64,000 nucleotides of DNA, taken from assembly GCF_009914755.1 (NCBI RefSeq), contig NC_060931.1; one strand, written 5' to 3'. The notes under the pieces are model-generated. The model was not told the origin of the DNA. It did no database searches and worked only from the letters and a program-made list of their open reading frames with translations. Positions within the stretch are counted from its first letter, which is position 1. Each line of letters opens with the position of its first letter. Of the stretch, positions 41,258-53,874 are shown in pieces. This stretch comes from the human T2T-CHM13v2.0 reference genome, Homo sapiens. Both the position numbers and the translations under genes were made by a program.

Positions 41258-41525
41258 GACAAGGTCTTGCTCTGTCACCTTGGGTGGAGTACAGTGGCAT
41301 GATCATAGCTCACTGGAACCTTGAACTCCTGGGCTCAAGCAATCCTCTTGCCTCAGTAGGGCCCACAAGTGCACACCACCACACCTGGCCTATTTTTTAA
41401 ATTTTTGTAGAGTGGAGGTCTTGCTATGTTGCCCAGGCTAGTTGCTACCTCCTGGCCTCAAGTGACCCTCCTGCCTCTGCTTCCCAAAGTACTGGGATTA
41501 CAGGCATGAGCCTCTGTGCCCAGCC
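41170..41525 (-). mobile_element. AluJ with a T46 tract
   Basis: Reverse-complement Alu with uninterrupted T at 41208-41253. Confidence 0.92.
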
Positions 41526-41581
41526 AGGAGAACTTCTAAGATTTGTCACAGATTTAAGAGGAACACTGGAGGATCTGTGAT

Positions 41582-41979
41582 TGCTATGGTTTGAATCTGT
41601 GTTCCCACCCAAATGTCATGTCCAGTTGTAATCCCCAATGTTGGAGGTTGGGCCTGGTTGGAGGTGATTGGTTCATGGGAGCAGTTTCTAATGGTTTAGC
41701 ACCATCCCCTTAGTGCTGCTCTTGCGGTAGAGTTCTTACAAAATCTGGTTGTTTAAAAGTGTGTAGCAGCCCCTTTCTCTCTCCCTTCCTCCTGCTCTGG
41801 CCATGTGAAGATGTGCTCACTTCCCCTTCCCCCTCCACCATGATTGTAAGTTTCCTGAGGCCTCTCCAGCCATGCTTCCTGCGCAGCCTGTGGAACTGTG
41901 AGCCACTTAAACCTCTTTTCTTTATAAATTACCTAGTCTCAGGTATTTCTTTATAGCAGTGTGGGAACAGACTAATACT
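41582..41979 (+). mobile_element. MSTA-like solo LTR
   Basis: tgctatggtttg...cagactaatac. TSD gtgat/gtgac. Confidence 0.9.
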
Positions 41980-43704
41980 GTGACTTCCATATTACTTTTG
42001 ATATAGAAAGAATTGAATCATTTTGAAAAGCACTCCTGGATTTATACAGGTTGTCTTCAATCTAATCATCTGTTAGAATAATTACTATAAGTTATCATTT
42101 TGCCACTGAAATGAACATGGACAGCTTGAGAAAGAAAAATAAATTATGACAGCTGTGGAGATGTAAGGATTTTAACTAAAGTGGAAAAGATGCCCTAGTG
42201 CATTAAGTAGTTGAGACAAATTATTTTATCTGATGATTGTGAGTTTTAGACAGATAGATAAAAATTTTGTAGCTTAGTAAAAAAAAAAAATCATTCTGAC
42301 AGGTTTCCAACAGTCATTTTCCAATTTTCTAATAAATTTCTAAGATGAATTGGTTTATTTACTTTCTTCACCCTTGACTATACAGTTGAGCATATGAACT
42401 TAGAAATTGTCTGTTAAATCTTTTTGAGTAAGTTGAAAGCTAACACATAGCCTGCACCATTAGGTGAAGTTTAATTACTTTAAAAATTCTGAGTTACATT
42501 ATTTGAACATAAATACATTTATATAATTTTTTAGTAATTACAATAACATTGGGAATGACTAGTAAAACATTACTAGAGATTCTGTTAGACCTAGATTGAT
42601 AAATAAATTAAAGTGACAATTAGCAGCTTGTGAGTAAATGATGCTTGAAAACAACAAATGCAAATAGTGCTTGAAAATAATGCTTAAACATCGCCCATAT
42701 TTTGTAATTATTAATTAGCAAACTACTCTTTCATAGATTGGATTAAGGCAGCTTCTCTGCGGTTAATGAAATTATCATAAATTTAAAATTAGTCTAGCCT
42801 GAATTATATTCTGTTCTAAAGTGAAAAGCTTGATTTATCTTTTACATTCTTAACACTTTTAATTTTATCCTCCTGAAACCTTCACTCAAGTCTGACGATT
42901 TTGTTACAGTTAACCTTTTTCCCCATGAGACACATCAATAGTAAGGTTGAATGAAATCAAGATTCTTTTAAATGCATTCAGAACTCATTTAAATGACTGG
43001 TGCAGAAGTTCTGTGCACCAGCTTGGAAGACATTTTTATGTTACCAATCTTGACTTACAAATATCTCAATTTCTACAAACTAGGGAAAGGTAAGACATTT
43101 TATGTTTATTGACAACAATAAGTTATTTTTCTCAATATTAAATTCTAAATGAAATCCTATAAAGAACATCTAACAAAATCTTTAGTCTACTTTATGGCTG
43201 GATGTCTTTAGGAATACTGCTACCTTCTGAATTTTCTGTTATAGGGGAAAATTAAATGACACCTCAGAAGAATCAGGAAAAGATTAATACTAAAGGATGA
43301 AATAGTTGAAAATAACACACTTGGCCCTTTTCTATTTCTTTCCAAATATGACTTTATACCTAGCATTTCAACATACAGAATTATCCTTATTATAGCCATA
43401 TTTTATTCTAGGCTTACCCAGAGTGCAGCAAGGCACAACTGGGGCTGGTGTGGATGCTACTTATAAGAAATATAAATGGCATCCTCTGGAGCCTCTGGCT
43501 CCCAGGCTAGATACTGAGATGTCAAAGATCGATATGATATGCTCAGTTTAGTTAGGGAAAATGTATATAAGTAAAACTAATTTCTATGGAATCTAAAAAA
43601 TGACAGAGAAATATGTTCAAAATACTATGGTAGTGCAAAAGAAGAGTTTAGAAGTCCAGAGGAATCATCCCAGACTCATGGTCTTGTTCACTTAAAAAAA
43701 AAAA

Positions 43705-43945
43705 ATTTCTGAGACAGGGTCTTGCTCTGCTGCCCAGGCTGGAGTGCGGTGGCATGGTCATAGCTCACTGCAGCCTTGAACTCCTGGCTTCAAGCAATCC
43801 TCCCTCCTTAGCCTCCTGAGTGGCTGGGACTACAGGCACATGCCACTATGCCTGGCTAATTTTTAAAAATTTTTTTAGAGATGGAGTCTCACTATGTTGA
43901 CGAGGCTGGTCTTGAAATCCTGTTCTCAAGTGATCCTCCCACCTT
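43705..43945 (-). mobile_element. AluJ, 5'-truncated
   Basis: Reverse-complement Alu. Confidence 0.9.
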
Positions 43946-43971
43946 GCTTGTTTGCTTTTAAAGACAACCAA

Positions 43972-44152
43972 GGCCAGGTGCAGTGGCACTTACCTGTAGT
44001 CCTAGCTACTCGGGAGATTGGAGTAAGAGGATTGCTTGAGCCCAGGAGTTCAAGGCTGCAGTGCACTACAATTGCAACTATGAGTAACCACTGTACTCCA
44101 GCCTAGGCAACATAATGATACCCTGTTTCTGAAACAAACAAACAAACAAACA
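43972..44152 (+). mobile_element. FAM (fossil Alu monomer)
   Basis: Monomer retaining the extra 7SL-derived segment (actatgagtaaccactg). TSD aaaagacaac. Confidence 0.8.
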
Positions 44153-44258
44153 AAAAGACAACTGAATGCAAGTCTTCCCAATTAGAATAGTGCAATTTAA
44201 GTATGATAATAAGCTGCCATTTACTGGACTCTTATCATGTCCTAGGCCCTATATCAAG

Positions 44259-44296
44259 TATTACCACCATGCTTTAATCAACTGAGCTATCCAGCC
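44259..44296 (-). pseudogene. Tailless 5'-half tRNA-Ile(AAT) retropseudogene
   Basis: Minus strand GGCTGGATAGCTCAGTTGATTAAAGCATGGTGGTAATA versus tRNA-Ile GGCCGGTTAGCTCAGTTGGTTAGAGCGTGGTGCTAATA (32/38). Flanking repeat caagtatt. Confidence 0.8.
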
Positions 44297-44839
44297 ACCT
44301 TGGTTATGCCAAGTATTTAATGTCCCCTGCTTTTTATATAATTCATACAACAATCTCATGTCATCAGTATTCTTATCATCCCTATTCTACTTATAAAGAT
44401 TTTGGAGTTTCAAGAGATAAAATAGCCAGTCAAAGCCACACAGTTCTAAGAGGTGAGGTAATGAGATGGGGAGTTGGGTTTAAAAGGTGAGGGCGTACAG
44501 CAGGGACCCTTTAACATGATAGAATGTTTATAGTGCGTGATCACTGTGTAGGGAATGGGTACATTATGACCAAGTTTAGATTTATGGACTATTCAAATAT
44601 ATTTTTAGGAAGCTAAGAAAAATGAAAGAAACCAAATCCAGTCCTGAGGAGTCCTAAGTCTAGTTTGGGAAAATGGATATTTGTAAACATAATTTTTATG
44701 GAATCCAAAAACAACAGTGAAATATGTTCAAAATACTATGGTTGTGCAAAGGAAGACATTTTTATCTTACCACCCTTAACTTATAAAGAAGTCAATTTAT
44801 ACAAACTAAAAAAAGAAGACATTTTATGTTTATTGCCAG

Positions 44840-45202
44840 TGTATTAGTCCATTTTCATACTGCTATGAAGAAATACCCAAGACTGGGAAATTTATAAAGA
44901 AAAAGAGGTTTAATGGACTAACAATTCCACATGGCTGGGGAGGCCTCACAATCATGGCAGAAGACAAAGGAAGAACAAAGGCAAGTCTTACATGGAGGCA
45001 GGCAAGAGAGCATGGTGCAGGGGAACTCTCTTTATAAAACTATCAGATATTGTGAGACTTATTCACTATCATGAGAACAGCATGGAAAAACCTGCACCCA
45101 TGATTCAATTACCTCCCACCGGGTCCCTCCCATGACACGTGGGGATTATGGGAGCTACAATTCAAGATGAGATTTGGGTGGGGACACAGCCAAACCATAT
45201 CA
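44840..45202 (-). mobile_element. Solo THE1 (B/C-like) LTR
   Basis: tgtattagtcc...caaaccatatca. TSD gccag/gccaa. Confidence 0.95.
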
Positions 45203-45727
45203 GCCAACAATAAGTTATTTTTCTAGAACCACAAAATAATGATTTTTTTCTGTGAACTTATATATACGTAAACAGCTTACCAAATGTAAAAATTAAGTTA
45301 CTTAAAACTCATTTAACAAATCATGCTTATTGAGAATATAAAATCATATGCAAAGAAATACTAATTTCAACAAAAATATATGCATCCATTAATACAGCAT
45401 TTATTAATGTTAGAGGCAGTGGTTTTTGTGGCAATAGTATAGCCTACTGCTACCCTCTTCATATCTGGATACAAATCCTGACTCCACCAACACAGCTTGT
45501 GTGACCCTGAGAAAGTTACTTAATTTCCGAACCCTTATTCCTTTTCACGAAAATAGATGAATTACTTTTTGTGAAAGCTCAGTAGTGGATGGGTGGGGTG
45601 TGGGGAAAAAAAGAAAACTCAGTAGTAAGCACTTGATAAATGTTAAATTTCTTACTATTGGCGTCAGGGAGTGGGATAGGGTATGCTAGAGGACAGAGAT
45701 CACAAGTCCTCAGAAACATTGTAAAAT

Positions 45728-45758
<31 letters not shown>

Positions 45759-45760
45759 GT
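45728..45760 (+). repeat. (TG)n/(TATG)n microsatellite
   Basis: Seen directly in the sequence. Confidence 0.95.
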
Positions 45761-48700
45761 TTATAGACCTATACAGAAGATGTGAACTTACACCTACACA
45801 CATGTGCAAAAACATATTACTTAATACATTTTAAATCAAATTTAACTTGATCTCAAGCCACCGTTGTGTCTTGGATGGGAGAAAATCTAAGCTCAGTCAT
45901 TGCTGATACTCTCCTAGCCCCACCTGTGGGCAGTGCAAAGGTTCCTGAACTTTCCAGCGGGGCTTGCATAAATGGATTGTAGTCTATGCTCTGCACAACC
46001 TTAGGGTCACCATTCACATCTCAAGAGGCTTGACCACATTCTTGGAGCAGGAGAGAGGAAAACTCCAGCATGAAACAACTCACCAATTAACATTTCAATA
46101 AATTATGCAGCCACATACATTTTTTTTTGAGGGAAGAAGAGAGCCCATACCTTTCATTAGATTCTCAAAGCAAAGAGGGAGCCTGATTTGATCCAGCAAA
46201 AGAGATGGGTGTCAAACCTCTGTGCTCCACAAAGCAGGAAAACATCACATTTGCATTGATTATAGAGCCTTTTCATAGTGCTGACACATCTATGAGCTTT
46301 GAGTGGCCTCATTATTTTTTTATTAAATTGGGTTGGGGGGGCCCCATTCAACCTAAATGCAGATGGAGTCATTGTGAATGAACTGCAATATACACAATAG
46401 GTAATAAATTCTGGGAAATGAAATCTGTCATCAGTCCACTCTTTTACACAACAAAAACCAAGATGGGGTATAACACTGAGACTTGAGGCAAAAAAGTCTC
46501 CAGGATAAAGAGGCAGAAATTGCATTCATTGACTTGTAAAGCATGTGGGGGGGCCTCTTCTATGAACAGAACAGGAAAGGGCCAGTACTAATTCAGTAAA
46601 AAGTATGTAAAACCACTGAACAGAAGACCATGCATGTAATGGAGGGAGCTTGTGGAACGCACAATGGTTTCACAAATAAATGTGGACACCTGAATGGTAA
46701 CATCATTATCAGCCACATCTTCAAATACAGGGAGAGAGAAAGCACTTTCAGAAGAGTAGTAGGAAAAACACTCAAGTTAATGAAGAAACCCTGCACTAAG
46801 TCATATCTGTCATTTTAAGTGCTCATTACAATGATTATTTTTAACCGTCATTTAATTTTGTACAAAATTCAATTGATCAGACATAGAGCCATGATTAATC
46901 ACTTGTGTATGACTAGACGTAAGTGGGTACTAATGAGCAGTAAACGCATGTCCAAGTCCTGTTTTTAGCATTGTTCTTACAATAAGTAGCATCCACTTTC
47001 TGCATCTCATTGCCTTTGGATGAATCTGGAAATCCCTGTTTTGTGACAGTTCAATTTAGTCTTTTGTTGCTTTGATTCCAGGGTTCTTTAAAAATTTTAA
47101 AAAATCAGTGCTCTTAGAGTTTTTGAACATGTTGTACAATCATACTTTCCATTTCTTTATCAGTACAAAAAATAATTTATCTGTAAGAGAGTTGAAGTTT
47201 CTTCACCAGTGTATGGGCAGCATGGGGCAATACAAAGTTCATTCCATTTGTTTGGAGCTGGGCAGATTTAAATTATATAAGTTGTGTCTTCATTTGTTAA
47301 ATGGGAAAGCAGTGTCTACCTTACAGTGCTACAGGTAATATCAGTTAAATGTCTGTCACAGTGTTAGAATACACTCAGTACATAACAGTTGTTCTGTTGC
47401 TTCAAAGTAAAATTATAAAACAACTGACATGCAGACAATTTTATCTTGTGAGTTCTGGAATGATAGAATTTTTGAGGTCAAAAGGCCCTCAGATGAGGAA
47501 ACTGAAGGCCTGAGGAGGCAAAAAGACTTGCTAAGATCAAACATTTAGTTTTCCTCATTCAATAACAATTTGTTGAATGAAAGAATAACATTACATCATC
47601 ACCAGAAACCAATTTCCTATGTGTCAGGTAATGATCTGTCTCCTACAAGTGTGGCCTGTGACCTACATGTGACAATGTAAAATGTTAAATGTGAACAGGA
47701 ATGAGAAAATTTTCCATTTTTTATCGGAAAATATGTATTGATTGCACTTCATGCTTAACTAATTTCACTTGTTTATTCAATTAAAAATGGCATTGATTTA
47801 TTGTTTCAATCAATTGCCTACTTATACTTTTATAATTATTATATATTACATATTAAAGAAAAGGAGTAAGTCATATGGCTTATTATGAGAACAACAGTAA
47901 TGCATTTAATTGTTGGTTCATTGCTCGTTCATAAAAAATAAAGTTATTGGAAATAAATTCGTTAGTATATAATGCAGCTCATTTGGCATACTTTATACGC
48001 TCAGAATTGAGTAAGTTCTATTTTCCGTTATATCAGTCTTATCAGATTGATGTAAGAAAAATACTTAAATGGCGGATTTTCATATAAAAGAAGAAGGCAT
48101 TATGATGTATGAATTTTTAAATAGTGGTTTCCGAGAAATTGCACTGTGGCAGTCCTGCCTTCCTGGGGTTATTCAACAGCACTTCAGCTTATATAATTAC
48201 CACACATGCCTCCTGTACAGAGCCCACGAGGCTCCCAGGTCGGTCACCATGGCAACAGATTCTGAATGGAGTAGCCCCATCCTGATACTGTGCATAGAGC
48301 CTCTTCCTGGAAAAAGTTTTATTTTTTAAATTTAAACACATTCTCCCAAATTACAGATATACAGTTTCAGAGTACTTGTTCCAGTTTTCTTATAAGTGTA
48401 ATGTGAACACTAAATGTCCAGGCACACACAATTTCTTGAATAACAAAGGAAATATAAAGCAAACATTTAAATACAGATTGCCTTTTCATTCTGAGCACCA
48501 TTTTGAAAAGAAGAGGAAAATAACCTTTCAGAATAAAAAACACCTGAAGGAACAGCTATGGGAGGAAATCAGCTCTCTTTGATCATTTGCTGCAATAGGA
48601 ACTTTTATGCTTTTTTTAAAAAAAACTCTTAATCCATAGATCTAAGCAAATAAAATGCAATTTTTCCATTAAAAATGTTTTAAAAGAATGAACAAACACT

Positions 48701-50479
48701 TGTAGACAGGGCCACTTTGATAAATCTTGTGCAATAAAAGTATATTTTTATCAATAAAGTGGAAAGTACACATATTTGCTCAAGATTCTCTGTCCGCCCC
48801 CACACCTCCAGGAGGTCGGTAAGAACTCTCTGAAGCTGTGGTGTCAGATCCTTTCTCATTTCCTGTTTGCTGTTTGGACAGGCCTGGCAGCTGTGGCGAC
48901 TGAATCTAAGAAGAAAGGCTGATAATGCTCTGGCTGGTTTCATAATAGGACTTTTCAAGGCACTGTCCCATCCATTAACTCATTTGAAATGAAAGGTAGG
49001 GTTTTCTTTTTTCCCCCCATTAGGAAAGATACTTACATGTTTTATTCAAAATTCTTTTAAGCCACCACCAAAGAAGAGAAAGAAATTAACATAATAACTC
49101 TCCGGGTGGTTCCCTGTTTACAAAGTAAGTTTAACTTTTACTTTGTTTTCCTTCAGAGCCCTAAATTCAACTCCTACTTTATTCCATATTTCCATTTTCA
49201 GTCATCCTTGATGCCTGAAATGATTTAGTTGATGCCATATTGATTTCGTTCTTGTTTGCTTCCTCAAAATGTTTCTCATTTTTCTGTCCCCTTGGCTCAT
49301 TTCTAAGTGTGTTTTCTAATGTCCATATCCTGCACAATTGCCAGCAGCACCATGACCTAGGGAGGACCCTCATTATGAACTGCATTCTACAGGAAAAAAG
49401 ACGCACGTCCCCTTCAAATGATGTGGCTTGCCCCATGGAAAACAGAGTTGGTGTCTGAGTCAGGTTTGCTTCCCCAGAGCTCCAGGGCCATTGCTATTGT
49501 CCTCTTTCCTGCACGCTTCCTCATTTGCAAAACAATGTGAATTCTGTTCTTGCCCTTATAATTAAAGGAAAAATGAGGATGATCAAGAGTGGTTGCTTCA
49601 GGGACCTTCCACACTGCTAAGGCCACCTCTATTTTTCCAGACTCCAGGTATATTTTAAAATGAAGACATGTCAAAATAGGTTTCTGTTGTAGTTAAAATG
49701 TTTACACCTATTAGCAATTATATTTGTATGAGAGTTGAAGGCTCTTCCAACACTGTCAGTGTACTTCTGTGACAGTATGTATCTAAACTCATTTGGAAAT
49801 AAACAATAATTGTCTAATTTTGGCCCTTAATTGAGGTCCTAGCTTAATGCCCTCTTTTCTCATAAAGGAATGCCCTTACATGAACATTAGGACTTTAGAG
49901 GACAGCAGTGGTGGCAACAGTGGAGTTGACTGCAGCTGGGGCAAAGGTAGCAGGTTAATACCAGCTAACACCTCCAGAGCATTTGCCATGTGCCAGGGAC
50001 AATGCTAAGTATTTTATGTGTGCTAACACTATGCTTTCTTAGGCAGGTACTATTATTATCTGCTTTTTTTAACAGATGAAGAAACCGAGCCACACAGAGG
50101 TTAAATAACTTGCCCAAGGGTGCACAACTACTAGTAGTATTGAGTCTATACGCTTAAGTATTGTGCTATTCCATTTCTTACTGAATACAAAGCAAAAAAA
50201 CATAAGGATCAGAGGAGGAGTGTGAGTGTCCTCATACTCACAGCAAAAGGAGGTCAGTGGGTGTGTGTGGTGGTGGGAGGGGACTTACAATATCAATAAT
50301 GACACTAGGTGGGGGCTCAGTAGCTCATGCCATTTTGATTATCTACCAATGTGTGGGTGTCCCCAGGCTGAAGGAATTGGGTTAACAAGGTTTATATCTG
50401 CACTTACATTCTTTCCCCAAAAATGTGTCCAAAATTGAAAGTGCCATTTTTCAATGACACATAGAATCTGGGCAGTAGC

Positions 50480-50622
50480 ACAGGACCCTGTGTTCAGAAT
50501 GACCAGATGCTTAGACGAATGATCTGTTGCCGCCATCTTGAAAATCTCAATACTATTTGAACAAATCTCAATAATATTTGAACATTTTGCACTGGGCCCT
50601 GCAAATTATGTACCTGGTCCTG
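50480..50622. mobile_element. MER91-like hAT relic with an internal 21-bp tandem duplication
   Basis: gccatcttgaaa...ttttgcactgggccctgcaaattatgta. aaatctcaata(c/a)tatttgaac occurs twice. Confidence 0.65.
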
Positions 50623-52711
50623 TGTGGAATTCTGGGCAATTTGTACACACTAGTAACTCCAATCTGCCGGGGGAAACAAGGTTCTATCTCCCTGTGATTC
50701 CTGTGGAACTGCAGTGCTATAAATCTGCAGTTGCCTGTTAGTGGATTTGCATTTTACTGCAATGTAATACTTTTCCTCACAGGGAAAAGCAGTCTACTCT
50801 CACTAATAGGGGTTTTAATGATGCTCTGCCAAGGTCCACGTGCATAGCCTCAAGCAAAAAGGCTCAGGACAGGCTCTGAATTCCACAGCAGGGTTAACTA
50901 CAAGGGAGCTTCTTTGCAGTATGATAAAACGCGGTTAACCTCAGCTGGATTTGCAGCTAGCCCCAAGGAGCACTCCTCAGGAGCAACACAGGTCTATGTA
51001 TAACATTTCAGCTCTGGTCCACCCAGAAACGTGCACTTCCCATCCCACGGTGTTTGCATAATTTAGGCATGCTATAGTTAAGATTTGCCAAAACTTGTAG
51101 AGAAAAATCAAACTGTCTCAGTACAAGGAAACCAAACTGCTAAATCCTCTATTTCCTCTCTCCACGCTCCAGCAGTTTGGCAGTAGAATAAATGATTGCT
51201 CACCAGTGGCAAGTTTCCATGGAGTCGGTAGCTCCTAATATCTTTTCTGAAGGGACGGGCAGTGAGCTGATTTTCTCCACCAGGGAAGTAATGATCCTAA
51301 TGAGCAGAAACTAGGAGAGAAAAAAAGTCAAATTCTCAAAGAAGACAAAAAGGGAATTTCTCACCTCTATCCGTCAGAGGAGTCAGAGCTTTCCCATTCA
51401 AGGAGACCTGTCGGATTGCACTGAATTAATCATGATAGCTAACATCTTCTAGCATTTACTATGCCCTAGATACCCTTGTAAGGGCTTTACACATGTCAAC
51501 TTAGTTAATCCTCACAAGAACCCAATGAGGTATTATTATTATCTCCATTTTAGACGTGAAGGACCCAAGGCACAGAGAGGGTAAGCAGTTAAGTCAGGAG
51601 AGCAGCTGCCTGGCTGTGAGAGCCACAGGTTTATCCAGGACAATAACAAGCAGTGATGAGTTCCCAGCGGAGCCTGGCTGGGTGTGCAGCTGCTAGACCT
51701 CGTACTGTTTGTCCTTACAATAAATCCCCATTAATGAGGGAAGCACGATTGGTCTCCCTTGCTCTTGCAACCTGAAAGAGCCTATAGAATACAGATGCCA
51801 TTGTGAATGCTTTTGTAATTTGGAGATTCCTTTTTTTTTTTTTTTAATCAACGGAATAATCAGCCTCTTCATGTATCCATAGGGAATTCAGGAGAGGATT
51901 GAAGAAGCGGTTCCTGTTTTTGAGGCATTTGCAATCATTGCTGGAGAGACAGAACCAACAGATGGGGAACAATGGTCAGGGACTCCAGGCCTGATTTAAG
52001 CCAATGCCGCCCTGTGGTCTTTACCCACGAATGGTGTGGAAAATGAGAGCAGGGAAGAGGATTTACTCACTGGCTGTGGAGTTAGGTCAGAAGGGGGATG
52101 GAAAGAAGGAACCGGATGGCTTTGGGGACATTTCTTAATCTTTAGGCTTCACCTTCCTTAACTGAAAATAAAGCCATAAGTTACCTCCAGAACTCTTTCA
52201 GCCTTAACATTCAATGAATCTCGATCTTTTCTGTAAAGCTAGATTTTTATGTGTGGTATTTGCTAAAAGTTGGGGCGCACCCTTACTTGATCTGGCCCAG
52301 ACTATAGATCACATGAAGATCACATTAAATCAGGTCGAAAGACTTTTCTGACTTCAAATTAGCGAATATGCATATGTGCTGAACTTTAGTCTTTTCCTTT
52401 TCTTGAACATTCAGTTTAATAATTGTCTCTGCCATTTTACACATTTATTTTTCTTGGCTATTTATATTTTCCTTTTGGGGAGGTCAAATATAAAAATAGG
52501 ATATACATGGACTGTAGCAGTTGATAATAACTTGTGTGCTTTGATTTTTTAAAGAACCAAAATTTACCAAAAGGGATCTTGCTCACTTATCAATTTGTTT
52601 TTTTTATATCTCTGTTTTTGTACATATCTTTTAAGTTATTCCAGACCCTGACAACTGGACACCTGGTTATGATTGCAGAATGTGCAGTTTAAAATCCTAT
52701 TTTAAAACTTA

Positions 52712-53011
52712 GTTTTTGTTTTTCTTTTTGAGACAGGGTCTCATTCTGTCATCCAGGCTGGAGTGCAGTGGTGCAATCACGGCTCACTGCAGCCTTAACC
52801 TCCTGGGCTCAAGCAATCCTTCTACCTCAGCCTCGTGAGTAGCTGAAACTACGGGCACATGCCACCATGCCAGGCTAATTTAAAAAAAAATTTTTTTTAG
52901 AGATGGGTGTCACCATGTTGTCTAGGCTGGTCATGAACTCTTGGGGCTCAAGCAGTCCTGCCTCAGCTTTCCAAAGTGCTGGAATTATGGCATGAGCCAC
53001 CATGCCTCATC
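52712..53011 (-). mobile_element. AluJ
   Basis: Reverse-complement Alu with TSD taaaa(c/a)ttagttttt. Confidence 0.92.
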
Positions 53012-53570
53012 TAAAAATTAGTTTTTATATCATTATGCATACCATGTTTTCAACAGTAAAATGGTTTTACCCCAAATAGGCATGTAGTTAAGGTAAAAAT
53101 TATCTGATGTTACTGATCATTGAGATTTAGAAACAGTAATTAAGGAGGAGGGATTCAGGAGATACTTTTGCAATATGATCCTTAGGATGAGGTGGCTTTC
53201 TATACCCTGGCAAATGTTCTGTAGAGCCTATAGACAAGCTGTTTTTTATGTATAGTGCCTAGACCAGCAACACTGGCATTTAACAAGAACTCAGATCTCA
53301 CTCATACTCTGTCAGGTGTGACCCAGCAGTCTGTGTTGTAACAAGCCCACCAGAGGACTCTGAAGTACCGAAAAATTTGAGAAGTGCTGTCATAATCCAG
53401 GCTGTCAATAGAATAGGTAGGGTCATATACTATACACTCACTACACTATAGCCAATGACCATCTTTCCTTACATAGTCCCTCCCCACGCCCACCTGGATG
53501 TAGAATTTAGAAGTAAAATCACAACCTAGAATATTGGCAGTGGTCAGTGACTCCCCATTGCAGGTTGAAT

Positions 53571-53874
<304 letters not shown>

